The notes beneath the pieces were generated by a model that saw only the letters and a program-made list of their open reading frames with translations, made no database searches and was not told where the DNA came from. The translations under genes and the position numbers were made by a program. Source: Polaromonas sp. (GTDB lineage Bacteria > Pseudomonadota > Gammaproteobacteria > Burkholderiales > Burkholderiaceae_C). Taken from it: a stretch of 64,000 bases of DNA. Below are positions 1 through 10,057 of this stretch, piece by piece (the stretch's first letter is position 1; each line of letters starts with the position of its first letter). The DNA is taken from NCBI GenBank assembly GCA_043756405.1, contig JAYURC010000123.1, positions 3,836 through 67,835 on the forward strand. Reading direction: 5' to 3'.

Positions 1-1044
1 CTGTTCCCTGGCGCCTTGTTGCGCTGGGCTAAGGTACCGGAGCTGATGCTGGACGACGTTGAAAATTACCTCAGGGTGTTGGCTTTCGCCTTTGCACCGT
101 CCATCTTGTTTCGCCTTTACAGCACGTTCAATCAGTCACTGGGCAAACCGCTGATGGTTACCTGGCTGCAAGTGGGTGCGCTGCTGGTCAAAATCCCGCT
201 ATCCATCTGGCTGGTAGCGGGTGGTGCAGGCCTTGAGCCCATGGGCGTTGTAGGTTGTGCCTGGGCCACACTGGTTGTTAACTACCTGCTGTTGGCGCTT
301 GGCATCGTCATGCTGCGCACGCAGAGATTTTACAAACCATTTGGCATTTGGCAACGCATGGATCGTCCGGACTGGCCGACCATAGGCAACTTTGCGCGGC
401 TGGGTATTCCGGCAGGGTTGAGTTATTTCGTGGAAGTTACTTCTTTTACCTTGATGGCGATTTTTATTGCCAAACTCGGCGTTGACGCATCAGCCAGTCA
501 TCAAATTGCTGCCAGCATGGCGGCCGTTTTATACATGCTGCCACTGTCATTGGCGATTGCGTGCAGCGCGCGCGTGTCGTTTTGGCTGGGAGCGAACAGA
601 CCCGGCGATGCAAAAAACATTATTTTATTAGGATTAAAGCTCACAACCAGCATTTCAATTGCTTTAATAGCTTCTATATTAATAGCAAAAGATGCCATAG
701 CCAGTTTTTACTCAACGAATCCAGTCATCGTCAATACAGCGGCATCGCTGCTTGTTTGGGTGGCTTTTTATCATTTGGCAGACAGCATTCAAGCTGTCTG
801 TGCATTTTTATTACGCTGTTACCGGGTGACGATAGCGCCGTTAGTGCTTTACAGCGTTTTGCTGTGGGGTTTCGGACTGTATGGAGGACACCTGCTGACC
901 TATGAAGGACTGCTCGGGCTACCTGCCATGCCAACGCCTCATGCCTTCTGGATGGCAAGTAGTTTGGCGCTGTGGTTAGTTGCCGTTTGCCTTATGGGTC
1001 TGTTGTTGTACGTCAGCAAAAAACAGCATGCTGAAAGCATCTAA
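1..1044 (+). CDS. MATE family efflux transporter (5'-truncated by window edge)
   Basis: The frame is open from base 1 to TAA at 1042-1044. It is a polytopic hydrophobic protein (…VENYLRVLAFAFAPSILFRLYSTFNQSLGKP…) resembling the C-terminal ~340 aa of NorM/DinF-type MATE pumps. Confidence 0.8.
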   Translation: MFPGALLRWAKVPELMLDDVENYLRVLAFAFAPSILFRLYSTFNQSLGKPLMVTWLQVGALLVKIPLSIWLVAGGAGLEPMGVVGCAWATLVVNYLLLALGIVMLRTQRFYKPFGIWQRMDRPDWPTIGNFARLGIPAGLSYFVEVTSFTLMAIFIAKLGVDASASHQIAASMAAVLYMLPLSLAIACSARVSFWLGANRPGDAKNIILLGLKLTTSISIALIASILIAKDAIASFYSTNPVIVNTAASLLVWVAFYHLADSIQAVCAFLLRCYRVTIAPLVLYSVLLWGFGLYGGHLLTYEGLLGLPAMPTPHAFWMASSLALWLVAVCLMGLLLYVSKKQHAESI

Positions 1045-1045
1045 G

Positions 1046-2389
1046 TTAACTTGCGCGGTGACTCCGAACGCGTGCAGACGGAAACGTGATTGAAAATCTG
1101 GAGCCTTCTCCAAGCTGGCTTTGAATATGCAGTTCGGCACCGTGACGTTGCGCCACATGTTTGACAATGGCTAGCCCCAAACCTGTTCCACCGGTCTCGC
1201 GCGAGCGACTGCGATCAATCCGGTAAAAGCGCTCCGTCAGTCGCGGCAAATGCTCAGCTGCGATACCTGGTCCACAGTCCTCCACGACAAACTCGCCTCG
1301 GCCATCATTGAGTATTTTGCAACTCACACGAACTTTACCGCCATCCGGCGTGTAGCGCACTGCGTTAGTGACCAGGTTTGATAACGCGCTGTACAGTTCG
1401 GCCTGCACACCCGCAATGTCAAACCTCACGCCCACATCAAACTTGATGTCGTGCCCGTGCGGCGCAAGCAGGGCAGACAAAGCGCATGCTTCCTGTTCGG
1501 CCTGCGCGAACAACGCGCCGGTATCCACCCAATCGTTGGCGCTTGGGTGTGGACTTCCTTCAAGCCGCGACAGTGTCAGCAAATCATTAACCAAAGTCTG
1601 CATACGCTGCGACTGCTGTGCCATCAAAGTCAAATAACGGTCACGCTCCTGCTCCTTTAACGGCAGGGTTTGCAGCGTTTCGATAAATCCAGAAAGAACC
1701 GTCAAAGGGGTGCGAATTTCGTGCGAAACATTGGCTACAAAATCCCGCCGCATCGCTTCTGCCAGTTCAATGGCCGTGATGTCACGTGACAGCAACAGCT
1801 TACGGTCTTTACCGTAAGAGTGTGCGTGTACGGACAATTTAACCGGCCTGCCGGGTACGCTGGCACTGCCCGGTATAACGACATCGTGTACGAAATCGTT
1901 GGCCGCCATATACGTTTTAAAGCCCGGTGCCCTGACCAGGTTGGAAATATGCTGCAATACATCCCGTCGTGCATCAAATCCGAAGTGCTGGGTCGCCATC
2001 TGGTTACACCATTCGATCCGGTCTTGCGAATCAAGTAAAACCACGCCGCTTGGCGACGCCTGCATGGCGGCCAAAAACTCGTCAAGCCGACCCTGACTGT
2101 CCTGAAGGAATTGATCTTGGCTACGAGAAAGCCTGCGAATACGGTCAGCAGCTTCACCCCAAAGTCCGAGCATGCGGGGCGGCAAATGGGTGGCCACAGA
2201 AGCTGATTCGCTGTTCTGCGCAAAACGTATCCAGGCCAAAAATCGGGCCGCATAAAAGCTGTCCACCAAAAACCAGATGGAAACAGCGCCCAAAAATCCA
2301 ATGATCGACCCAGTTTGTGAGGCTACTAAAAACCCCAAACTGCCACCTGCCAGCAAGCAGACGGAAAATACCAGGTAGCGGTTAATCAT
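1046..2389 (-). CDS. phoR: Phosphate regulon sensor histidine kinase PhoR
   Basis: 447 aa with N-terminal TM segments, H-box VSHEIRTPLT and ATPase motif GGTGLGLAIVKH. Its start overlaps the phoB stop by 4 bp. Confidence 0.9.
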   Translation of the reverse strand: MINRYLVFSVCLLAGGSLGFLVASQTGSIIGFLGAVSIWFLVDSFYAARFLAWIRFAQNSESASVATHLPPRMLGLWGEAADRIRRLSRSQDQFLQDSQGRLDEFLAAMQASPSGVVLLDSQDRIEWCNQMATQHFGFDARRDVLQHISNLVRAPGFKTYMAANDFVHDVVIPGSASVPGRPVKLSVHAHSYGKDRKLLLSRDITAIELAEAMRRDFVANVSHEIRTPLTVLSGFIETLQTLPLKEQERDRYLTLMAQQSQRMQTLVNDLLTLSRLEGSPHPSANDWVDTGALFAQAEQEACALSALLAPHGHDIKFDVGVRFDIAGVQAELYSALSNLVTNAVRYTPDGGKVRVSCKILNDGRGEFVVEDCGPGIAAEHLPRLTERFYRIDRSRSRETGGTGLGLAIVKHVAQRHGAELHIQSQLGEGSRFSITFPSARVRSHRAS

Positions 2390-3102
2390 GCCCTCAGCTG
2401 TGCAGTAGAGGTTACTGTCATAGCAGTCAGGCGGTAGCCGGAGCCACGCACGGTTTCAACCATGCAGCCAGCGCTGCCCAAGGCCTCTCGCAGGCGCTTG
2501 ACGTGAACGTCTACGGTGCGCTCTTCGATGAAAACGTGGTCGCCCCAAACCTTGTCTAAAAGAGAACCTCGGCTATGAACGCGTTCGGCGTGCTTCATAA
2601 AATAATGCAGCAACTTGAATTCAGTAGGACCCAATTTGAGCTCATGATGCTGGAAAGATATGCGGTGTGTAGCCGCATCCAGAACCAGCTCTCCTACTGT
2701 CACACTGTCACTGACTGATTCAGGCGAGCGCCGCCTGAGCACAGCACGTATACGTGCCAGCAATTCCTGGGTAGAAAATGGCTTGGTAATGTAGTCATCA
2801 GCGCCAGCGTCAAGTCCAGCCACTTTGTCAGGCTCATCGCCACGAGCTGTCAGCATCAAGATAGGGATACTTTTGGTTCGCGCCTGCTTACGCCAATGGC
2901 GCGCCAGTGACAAGCCGCTTTGTCCGGGCAGCATCCAGTCGAGCAAAATGGCATCGGGCAACACGGCATCAAGCTCACGCTGCGCAGTCACGCTGTCTTG
3001 CGCAATAACCGCGTCAAAGCCGCCGTGTTGAAGGTTTACCGAGATCAACTCTGCAATCGCTGGTTCATCTTCAACTACCAAAATGCGAGGTCGATTTTTC
3101 AT
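2386..3102 (-). CDS. phoB: Phosphate regulon response regulator PhoB
   Basis: Receiver domain (ILVVEDEPAI…LDWMLPG…) plus OmpR/PhoB winged helix (RTVDVHVKRLR). It lies 5 bp downstream of phoU. Confidence 0.92.
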   Translation of the reverse strand: MKNRPRILVVEDEPAIAELISVNLQHGGFDAVIAQDSVTAQRELDAVLPDAILLDWMLPGQSGLSLARHWRKQARTKSIPILMLTARGDEPDKVAGLDAGADDYITKPFSTQELLARIRAVLRRRSPESVSDSVTVGELVLDAATHRISFQHHELKLGPTEFKLLHYFMKHAERVHSRGSLLDKVWGDHVFIEERTVDVHVKRLREALGSAGCMVETVRGSGYRLTAMTVTSTAQLRA

Positions 3103-3107
3103 TTCAA

Positions 3108-3809
3108 TTACTGAATTGCAGACTCAATCTGAGCCATAGGTGTGTGCCGCACGTCCTCACCCTTGACGATGTAGATGATGAACTCCGCGATATTCTTGGC
3201 ATGGTCACCGATTCGCTCAATCGCCTTGGCAACAAACAGCAAGTCAAGACTAGCTGAAATAGTACGGGGATCCTCCATCATGTACGTGATGAGCTTGCGT
3301 ACAAAGCCGTCAAATTCCTTGTCGATCAGATCGTCCTCTTTCAGAATTGAAAGCGCAACAGCTGTGTCGAGCCTGGCAAAAGCATCTAGCGCCTTGCGCA
3401 GTAATCCAGAGGCCAATTCAGCGGCAACGCGCAAATCAGACGATGGAAGCGCGCGAGACGAGCCGCTGTCAATGATGGACTTGACCATACGCGCGATTTT
3501 GTCGGCCTCATCGCCCGCCCGTTCAAGATTGGCAGTTGTTTTTGAAATCGCAATCAACAAACGCAAGTCGCGGGCAGTCGGCTGGCGGCGCGCAATGATG
3601 GATGACAAATCTCGGTCAATATCAACTTCCATGGCGTTAACGCGCACTTCGGCTTCAAGCACCTGGTTGGCACTTTCCACACTGAACTGCGACAACGCGT
3701 AGGTGGCGAGACGTATCTGTGACTCAACCAGACCACCAAGTTCCATAACGCGCGACGACACACCATTAAGCTCACTGTCAAACTGGCTGGATAGATGTTT
3801 ATCAGACAT
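3108..3809 (-). CDS. phoU: Phosphate signalling complex protein PhoU
   Basis: 233 aa with a duplicated PhoU repeat (…LERAGDEADKIA… and …IERIGDHAKNIAE…). Confidence 0.92.
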   Translation of the reverse strand: MSDKHLSSQFDSELNGVSSRVMELGGLVESQIRLATYALSQFSVESANQVLEAEVRVNAMEVDIDRDLSSIIARRQPTARDLRLLIAISKTTANLERAGDEADKIARMVKSIIDSGSSRALPSSDLRVAAELASGLLRKALDAFARLDTAVALSILKEDDLIDKEFDGFVRKLITYMMEDPRTISASLDLLFVAKAIERIGDHAKNIAEFIIYIVKGEDVRHTPMAQIESAIQ

Positions 3810-3827
3810 TAAGTTCTTTCAAATCGT

Positions 3828-4607
3828 TCAGCCAAAACGGCCAGTAATGTAGTCTTCGGTTTCTTTGCGTTTAGGCTTAAAAAACAGGTCTTCAGTCACC
3901 CCAAATTCCACAAGATCGCCCAGGTACATGTACGCCGTGTAGTCGCTGCAACGCGCCGCTTGCTGCATGTTGTGGGTCACGATCACAACTGTGTAGTCAT
4001 TTTTCAACTCAGTAATTAACTCTTCAACTTTAGCGGTAGAAATAGGATCGAGCGCTGAGCATGGCTCATCAAGCAACAGCACTTCAGGCTTGATTGCAAT
4101 GCCGCGTGCTATGCACAAGCGCTGCTGCTGACCGCCCGAAAGGCTTGATCCATTTTGATTTAACTTATCTTTGACTTCGCCCCACAGTGCCGCCTTGCGC
4201 AATGCCCATTCAACACGCTCATCCATGTCCGAGCTGCTTAGGCTTTCAAACAGTTTGACCCCAAATGAAATGTTGTCATAGATAGACATCGGAAAGGGTG
4301 TCGGTTTTTGAAAAACCATACCGACTTTTGATCGTATCAATGCCACGTCTTTTTTTGACGTCAAAAGGTTTTCACCTTCAAACATCACCGTCCCTTCGGC
4401 GCGTTGCTCAGGGTAGAGCTCGTACATGCGATTGAAAATGCGCAACAACGTTGATTTTCCGCACCCAGACGGTCCGATAAAAGCTGTTACTTTTTTCTCT
4501 GGAATTTCTAGATTAATATTTTTTAAGGCGTGAAATTTACCATAATAAAACTCAAGATTTTTTACAGAAATTTTGGGGTTTTCGATAGTTAGAGCTGCAG
4601 GCGGCAT
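3828..4607 (-). CDS. pstB: Phosphate ABC transporter ATP-binding protein PstB
   Basis: Walker [10 protein letters not shown], signature LSGGQQQRL, Walker B LLLDEP, and a typical PstB N-terminus ([12 protein letters not shown]). Confidence 0.95.
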   Translation of the reverse strand: MPPAALTIENPKISVKNLEFYYGKFHALKNINLEIPEKKVTAFIGPSGCGKSTLLRIFNRMYELYPEQRAEGTVMFEGENLLTSKKDVALIRSKVGMVFQKPTPFPMSIYDNISFGVKLFESLSSSDMDERVEWALRKAALWGEVKDKLNQNGSSLSGGQQQRLCIARGIAIKPEVLLLDEPCSALDPISTAKVEELITELKNDYTVVIVTHNMQQAARCSDYTAYMYLGDLVEFGVTEDLFFKPKRKETEDYITGRFG

Positions 4608-4659
4608 ATTGTTTTATCTTTAAACGTTGGATAAGTAGATTTGCAGTAATGCAGAAAAG

Positions 4660-5520
4660 TTAAAGCTTATTTCGTGTCAAATAACGCGCCAGAATATTCA
4701 ACGCCAGTACTGCAGTGGTAATCAGCAAAACGCCAGCCCAAGCGAGGTTTTGCCAGTTTTCATAAGGACTCATCGCGTACTTGAATATCGTCACTGGCAA
4801 GCTAGCCATAGGTTCGGTCAAACTTGAAGTCCAAAACTGGTTACTTAACGCTGTAAATAACAGCGGTGCAGTCTCACCAGAAATGCGCGCCACTGCAAGC
4901 ATCACACCGGTGACAACTCCCGCTCTGGCGGCTTTCATTGTGATACTCAAGATAACCTTCCACTTTGGTGCGCCCAGCGCATACGCCGCTTCGCGCAACG
5001 CCGAAGGTATCAACTGAAGCATATTTTCAGTGGTGCGGATGACTACCGGAATAACGATTAGCGCAAGTGCAATGACACCCGCCCATCCGGAAAACGATTT
5101 GTAGCGGGATACAACAACCGCATAGACAAATAATCCAATCACAATTGATGGCGCAGATAACAAAATATCATTTACAAATCGTACTGTTGCAGACAGCCAG
5201 CTTTTGGTGTCGAATTCAGCCAAATAAATGCCTGCCATCACACCAATTGGCGTCCCCACGAATGTCGCCAACATCACCATCAAAAACGATCCGTAAATCG
5301 CATTGGCCAGGCCACCTGGGTCGTTTGGTGGTGGCGTCATTTGCGTTAACGTAGCGACAGACAGACCACTGATACCTAAGCGCAAAGTCTCAAAAAGAAT
5401 CCAGAACAACCAAAACAAACCGAACACCATTGCTGCCATAGCAAGAATAATTGCAAGGGCATTAATTTTTTTACGCCTGGCAAATTTAGCTTCACGGTGC
5501 ATTGTCAAGACTGCGTTCAT
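4660..5520 (-). CDS. pstA: Phosphate ABC transporter permease PstA
   Basis: 286-aa polytopic permease. It overlaps the pstC stop by 4 bp and has a PstA-like C-terminus (…[10 protein letters not shown]…). Confidence 0.9.
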   Translation of the reverse strand: MNAVLTMHREAKFARRKKINALAIILAMAAMVFGLFWLFWILFETLRLGISGLSVATLTQMTPPPNDPGGLANAIYGSFLMVMLATFVGTPIGVMAGIYLAEFDTKSWLSATVRFVNDILLSAPSIVIGLFVYAVVVSRYKSFSGWAGVIALALIVIPVVIRTTENMLQLIPSALREAAYALGAPKWKVILSITMKAARAGVVTGVMLAVARISGETAPLLFTALSNQFWTSSLTEPMASLPVTIFKYAMSPYENWQNLAWAGVLLITTAVLALNILARYLTRNKL

Positions 5521-6551
5521 GTGCGTGCTCCCTCACTTTTTTTGAGTTGTGAGAGAAGGAGCTTTGACATCGTCAACACAGCAAACGTGATGAAAAAGAG
5601 TACCAGACCCAAATACATCAGGGCACCTTGATGCAGTCCTTCGCCCGCTTCTGCAAACTCGTTGGCCAAAGCCGAAGTAATACTGTTGGCGGCAGTAAAT
5701 AAACTGAGCGACTCAAGTTGGTTGAAATTGCCGATTACAAAGGTAATGGCCATCGTTTCACCGATAGCACGCCCCAGTCCCAACATAATTCCACCAATAA
5801 CACCAGACTTGGTGTAGGGCAAAACAACCCGTGAAACAACTTCCCACGTAGTCGCACCCAAGGCATAAGCCGACTCTTTGAGTAATACAGGTGTCACCTC
5901 AAACACATCACGCATAACTGATGCAATGAATGGGATGATCATGATGGCCAAAATAATGCCTGCTGACAATATGCCGATGCCGACAGGCGCACCCGAAAAC
6001 AGAGTTCCGAGCAATGGGACGTCACCAAATGCTTTTTGCAACGGTTGCTGCACGTACGTTGACAGCACGGGTGCGAAAACCAGTAAGCCCCACATGCCAT
6101 AAACGATTGAAGGTACCGCTGCAAGTAACTCAATTGCAGTGCCTAAAGGCCGCCGCAGCCAAGCAGGCGACAGCTCAGTCAAAAATAATGCGATTCCAAA
6201 ACTGACCGGCACAGCAATGACCAAAGCCACCAAAGATGTCATTACTGTGCCGTAAATCATGACCAACCCGCCGAAATCCTCTTTGACAGGATCCCAGGTT
6301 GTGCTCACCAAAAACCCCAAACCGAACTTTGAGATTGCAGGCCATGCACTAATGGTTAGCGACACAAGTATCGCCACCAAAATTAGCAAAGTAAATATAG
6401 CCGCTCCTTTGGCAGCGGCTGCAAACAAAATGTCAAGCATTGGGCCTGAACGCGGTTTTTGACTGGGTGGTGGCGTTTTAATCATCACACTTCCGGTAGA
6501 ACCGGCAGAATTTTTTGAAGAAATAGGATTCGCGGGAAGTGTAGAAGACAA
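5517..6551 (-). CDS. pstC: Phosphate ABC transporter permease PstC
   Basis: 344-aa polytopic permease with a PstC-like core (…[13 protein letters not shown]…). The N-terminal start is not certain. Confidence 0.88.
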   Translation of the reverse strand: MSSTLPANPISSKNSAGSTGSVMIKTPPPSQKPRSGPMLDILFAAAAKGAAIFTLLILVAILVSLTISAWPAISKFGLGFLVSTTWDPVKEDFGGLVMIYGTVMTSLVALVIAVPVSFGIALFLTELSPAWLRRPLGTAIELLAAVPSIVYGMWGLLVFAPVLSTYVQQPLQKAFGDVPLLGTLFSGAPVGIGILSAGIILAIMIIPFIASVMRDVFEVTPVLLKESAYALGATTWEVVSRVVLPYTKSGVIGGIMLGLGRAIGETMAITFVIGNFNQLESLSLFTAANSITSALANEFAEAGEGLHQGALMYLGLVLFFITFAVLTMSKLLLSQLKKSEGART

Positions 6552-6589
6552 GCAGTTACTCCAAAAGTCAGACCGATGGAACAGTCTTA

Positions 6590-7633
6590 TTACTTGATAG
6601 CTACCGGTTTGCCCGAAACATCCGTTACTTTAGCCCAAGACTTCTCGATCGCACCAATCACGTCATCAGGCATAGGAACGTAGTCAAGCGCTGTAGCGGT
6701 TGCATCACCATTTTTGAAAGCCCACGTGAAGAACTTAAAAACTTCTGTTGCGTTAGCCGGCTTTTCCTGCTTCATGTTCATCAGAATAAACGTGGCTGTA
6801 GAGATTGGCCACGCATTTTTGCCAGGTTGGTCAGTGATCAATTGGAAAAATGATTTGTTCCAATCTGCACCGGCGGCAGCAGCTTTAAACGTGGTGTCGT
6901 CTGGCGCTACAAAAACGCCATCACGGTTTTTCATCAGCGTGTAGGTCATTTTATTTTGCTTGACATAAGAGTACTCAACATAGCCAATAGAGTTCGGCAA
7001 ACGTTTGACAAACGCAGCAACACCTTCATTACCTTTACCGCCAGCGCCTACTGGCCAGTTGACAGCAGTGCCCTCACCAACCTTAGCTTTCCATTCAGCA
7101 TTGACGCGTGACAGGTAGTTCGTGAAATTAAACGTTGTCCCAGATCCATCTGCGCGGCGAACAGGCGAAATTGTTGCGTCAGGCAATGGCAAAGCTGGAT
7201 TCAAAGCTTTGATAGCCGCGTCATTCCATTTAGTAATTTTGCCGAGATAGATGTCAGCCAGAACTTGACCGTCAAGTCTCATCTGGCCCGGCTCAACGCC
7301 TTTGATGTTCACTACAGGAACTGTGCCGCCAATCACCGCAGGAAACTGAATTTGACCTTTTTTTGCCAAAACATCATCTGTTTGAGGCATGTCAGAAGCA
7401 CCAAAATCAACAGTTTTTGAGTCAATCTGTTTGATACCAGCGCCGGATCCGATCGACTGGTAGTTGATTTTTACGCCGGTTGCCTTGTTGTAGTCAGCTG
7501 CCCACTTTGCATAGATGGGTGCCGGAAACGTTGCACCAGCGCCGGTGATTTCTTGGGCGCTTGCAAGCGTTGAAAGCGTGGCTGCCGCAGCTGCGAAAAC
7601 GCAAATTGAAGAGAATTTGTAACGCAATTTCAT
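6590..7633 (-). CDS. pstS: Phosphate-binding protein PstS
   Basis: 347 aa with a signal peptide and PstS motifs ([30 protein letters not shown]). Confidence 0.92.
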   Translation of the reverse strand: MKLRYKFSSICVFAAAAATLSTLASAQEITGAGATFPAPIYAKWAADYNKATGVKINYQSIGSGAGIKQIDSKTVDFGASDMPQTDDVLAKKGQIQFPAVIGGTVPVVNIKGVEPGQMRLDGQVLADIYLGKITKWNDAAIKALNPALPLPDATISPVRRADGSGTTFNFTNYLSRVNAEWKAKVGEGTAVNWPVGAGGKGNEGVAAFVKRLPNSIGYVEYSYVKQNKMTYTLMKNRDGVFVAPDDTTFKAAAAGADWNKSFFQLITDQPGKNAWPISTATFILMNMKQEKPANATEVFKFFTWAFKNGDATATALDYVPMPDDVIGAIEKSWAKVTDVSGKPVAIK

Positions 7634-7667
7634 AAAGACCTCTCAAGTTAAAAAAGAAGATAGGGCG

Positions 7668-7701
7668 ACTGTAAGTAGCTTCTGTGACAAAGGCGTGACA
7701 T
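7668..7701 (-). promoter_or_regulatory. Pho box plus -10 element of the pstS promoter
   Basis: The minus strand reads ATGTCAC-GCCT-TTGTCAC (7701-7684), then exactly 10 nt, then TACAGT (7673-7668). This sits 35-70 bp upstream of the pstS ATG. One more TTGTCAC half-site lies at 7735-7729. Confidence 0.6.
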
Positions 7702-7766
7702 ATACCCTTACTCCTAGCCGATCCAATGGTGACAAATCTCCAGCACGTTGCACCAAGTTGTCTGCT

Positions 7767-7800
7767 TTGTCACGGTTTTGTCACTGTTTTCTTTTACGCT
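7767..7800 (+). promoter_or_regulatory. Pho box plus -10 element upstream of the fasciclin gene
   Basis: The plus strand reads TTGTCAC-GGTT-TTGTCAC (7767-7784), then 10 nt, then TACGCT (7795-7800). The fasciclin ATG is at 7831. Confidence 0.55.
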
Positions 7801-7830
7801 AACGCTTGTTTTTAAACAGGAGTAATTTAC

Positions 7831-8322
7831 ATGTTGAACATTTTTTCCAATCGTCGTTTGTTGATGGCTGCTGCCGTCATTACCGTTTTGTCTGGTTGCG
7901 CCACCCAGTCCAAGCCAGTGTCTGTAGCAGACACCATTGCCATGAAACCTGAACTGAGCACGCTCAGCGGTTTGGTGGTCAAAGCGGGTTTGACTGACAC
8001 GCTTAAAGGAACTGGGCCTTTTACTGTTTTCGCGCCCACCAATGCGGCATTTGCCAAAGTACCCGCAAAGACCATGGAAGACTTGGGCAAAGACCCAGCA
8101 AAATTGAAAGCAGTTTTGACGTACCACGTCGTGCCGGGCAAGGTCATGGCTGCTGATGTTAAAAACGGTAACGCAAAAACTGTTAACGGTGCTAGCTTGG
8201 CATTGTCGAAAGCTGGGGATTTCGTCACCGTTGAAGATGGCATGGTTCAAACCGCAGATTTGTCGGCGACCAATGGCGTTGTACACATTATTGACAGCGT
8301 TTTGATTCCACCCTCACGCTAA
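7831..8322 (+). CDS. Secreted fasciclin (FAS1) domain protein
   Basis: 163 aa with a lipoprotein-like signal (…LSGC) and FAS1 motifs (GPFTVFAPTNAAF, LTYHVVPGKV, NGVVHIIDSVLIP). Confidence 0.85.
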   Translation: MLNIFSNRRLLMAAAVITVLSGCATQSKPVSVADTIAMKPELSTLSGLVVKAGLTDTLKGTGPFTVFAPTNAAFAKVPAKTMEDLGKDPAKLKAVLTYHVVPGKVMAADVKNGNAKTVNGASLALSKAGDFVTVEDGMVQTADLSATNGVVHIIDSVLIPPSR

Positions 8323-8382
8323 CATTATTTAACTCTCTGTTGGCCAATCTTTGACTTCGGTTGGTCAATAAAATTTCTCATC

Positions 8383-8422
8383 AAAAGCCAGTTCTTTTAG
8401 ACTGAGAGCACTGGCTTTTTTT
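8383..8422 (+). terminator. Candidate intrinsic terminator after the fasciclin gene
   Basis: GCCAGT (8387-8392) pairs with ACTGGC (8410-8415), followed by a T7 run. The loop is long, so it is a weak candidate. Confidence 0.45.
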
Positions 8423-8434
8423 CGTCTGCTGTTC

Positions 8435-9979
8435 ATGTACGCTGAGTTCACCACGATAAACTCAGTCATGCAAAACGGAATTTTATTAGCCGCTGCGGAC
8501 TTGGGGTCCAACAGTTTTCGCCTTGAAATCGGCCGCTACGACACAGGTCAGATCACCCGCACCGAATACCTGAAGGAGACCGTTCGCCAAGGCAACGGTC
8601 TAGACGAAAACCGCAACTTGACATTGGATGCGATGCAGCGCGGTTGGGACTGTCTGGCGCGCTTTGGTGAAAGGCTGGCAGGCTTTAAAAAGTCGCAAGT
8701 TCGTGCCGTGGCAACACAAACCTTGCGAGAGGCCAGAAACCGGGACGAATTTCTGGTGCGCGGCAGCAAGCTGCTCGGCTTTCCAATCGACGTTATTGCG
8801 GGACGTGAAGAAGCCAGGCTCATTTATCAGGGCGTGGCACACATGCTGCCGCAGTCCGACGAGCGGCGCCTGGTCGTGGATATCGGCGGGCGCTCCACTG
8901 AAATGATTGTTGGTAAGGGCTTTGAAGCGCACACCATGGAGTCGTACAGGGTTGGCAGCGTGGCGTGGTCAATGAAGTACTTTCCCGATGGCCAATTTTC
9001 TGCACGTGCATTTGAAGACGCAGAAGTTGCTGCCAAGGCGATTTTGGACGAGGCCATCAATTTGTATCGTGCAAATGCCTGGGATGTCGCTTATGGCTCG
9101 TCCGGAACGATTGGCGCTGTCAGCGACGTCCTGTCGGCATCCGGTTGGGCACCTGGTTTGGTCACTCGAGAAGGGCTCGACTGGTTGCTGGATCGCTTGA
9201 TCAAGGCGCAAAGTGCTGATCGCCTGAAAATTGAAGGTATGAAGGATGACAGACGTGCCGTCATTGGAGGCGGTGTCAGCGTACTGCGCGCCGTTTTTGA
9301 CTTGCTTGACATTCACCAAATGCAAGCCGCTGTTGGTGCGCTGCGCCATGGTGTGCTGTATGACCTGGTGGACCGCGAGCAAGGCGTCACTGATCTGCGT
9401 TCTACGAGCGTTGATCGGTTAGCGAATAAATTTGGCACTGACACCATTCAGTCGTTGCGGGTCACCAAGGTGGCTCAGCAACTGTTTTTAATGCTGACGG
9501 GTCATCAGCGCGCCATCGAGACTGACCGCTTTTTACGCAAGCTGAAGTGGGCAGCGCAGCTTCATGAAATTGGCAGCCATATTTCGCATAGCGACTATCA
9601 CAGGCACGGCGCCTATATTCTGGGCAACACAGATGCGCCCGGTTTTGCTCTGCCAGAGCTGCACCGCTTAAGCCTGTTGGTGCTCGGTCACAGGGGCAAA
9701 CTGAGAAAGCTTGAAATAGACTTTGAAGATGACTCATTTATCCAGCAGCTACTTTGCTTGCGCATAGCCGTCATCTTGTGCCATGCCCGACGCGACCCGG
9801 ATTTACAGGGCTTGCAGCTTGATGTGAACCGTGAGTCCGGAAAAATTTTTGTATTGAACTATAGATTCGGCTGGTCACAAGCATTTCCGCAATCAGCCCA
9901 TTTACTGCGTGAAGAAGTTCTGGCATGGCAAAAAACGCCTTGGACTCTGGTTGTTTCTGAGCTGCCATTTGTAGATTAA
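8435..9979 (+). CDS. ppx: Exopolyphosphatase (Ppx/GppA family)
   Basis: N-terminal actin-like ATPase motif AAADLGSNSFRLEI and DIGGRSTE, plus a C-terminal HD-like region. The true start may be the Met at 8468. Confidence 0.9.
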   Translation: MYAEFTTINSVMQNGILLAAADLGSNSFRLEIGRYDTGQITRTEYLKETVRQGNGLDENRNLTLDAMQRGWDCLARFGERLAGFKKSQVRAVATQTLREARNRDEFLVRGSKLLGFPIDVIAGREEARLIYQGVAHMLPQSDERRLVVDIGGRSTEMIVGKGFEAHTMESYRVGSVAWSMKYFPDGQFSARAFEDAEVAAKAILDEAINLYRANAWDVAYGSSGTIGAVSDVLSASGWAPGLVTREGLDWLLDRLIKAQSADRLKIEGMKDDRRAVIGGGVSVLRAVFDLLDIHQMQAAVGALRHGVLYDLVDREQGVTDLRSTSVDRLANKFGTDTIQSLRVTKVAQQLFLMLTGHQRAIETDRFLRKLKWAAQLHEIGSHISHSDYHRHGAYILGNTDAPGFALPELHRLSLLVLGHRGKLRKLEIDFEDDSFIQQLLCLRIAVILCHARRDPDLQGLQLDVNRESGKIFVLNYRFGWSQAFPQSAHLLREEVLAWQKTPWTLVVSELPFVD

Positions 9980-9986
9980 AAGTGCG

Positions 9987-10029
9987 TTGACACTTAAGTT
10001 GTAAACCGTATAAACTATATATACGGTTT
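9987..10029 (+). promoter_or_regulatory. Sigma70-like promoter overlapped by a perfect 10-bp inverted repeat
   Basis: TTGACA (9987-9992), a 16-nt spacer, then TATAAA (10009-10014). AAACCGTATA (10003-10012) and TATACGGTTT (10020-10029) form a perfect inverted repeat across the -10 and likely start site. An AAGGAA ribosome-binding site precedes the ATG at 10058. Confidence 0.4.
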
Positions 10030-10057
10030 ATCCTGCATTCAACAACAAAGGAAATTT

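Noticed and set aside
7714-8286. 190-aa and 138-aa minus-strand ORFs
   Set aside because: They are antisense to the well-supported fasciclin gene and run across the Pho-box promoter region. They have no motifs.
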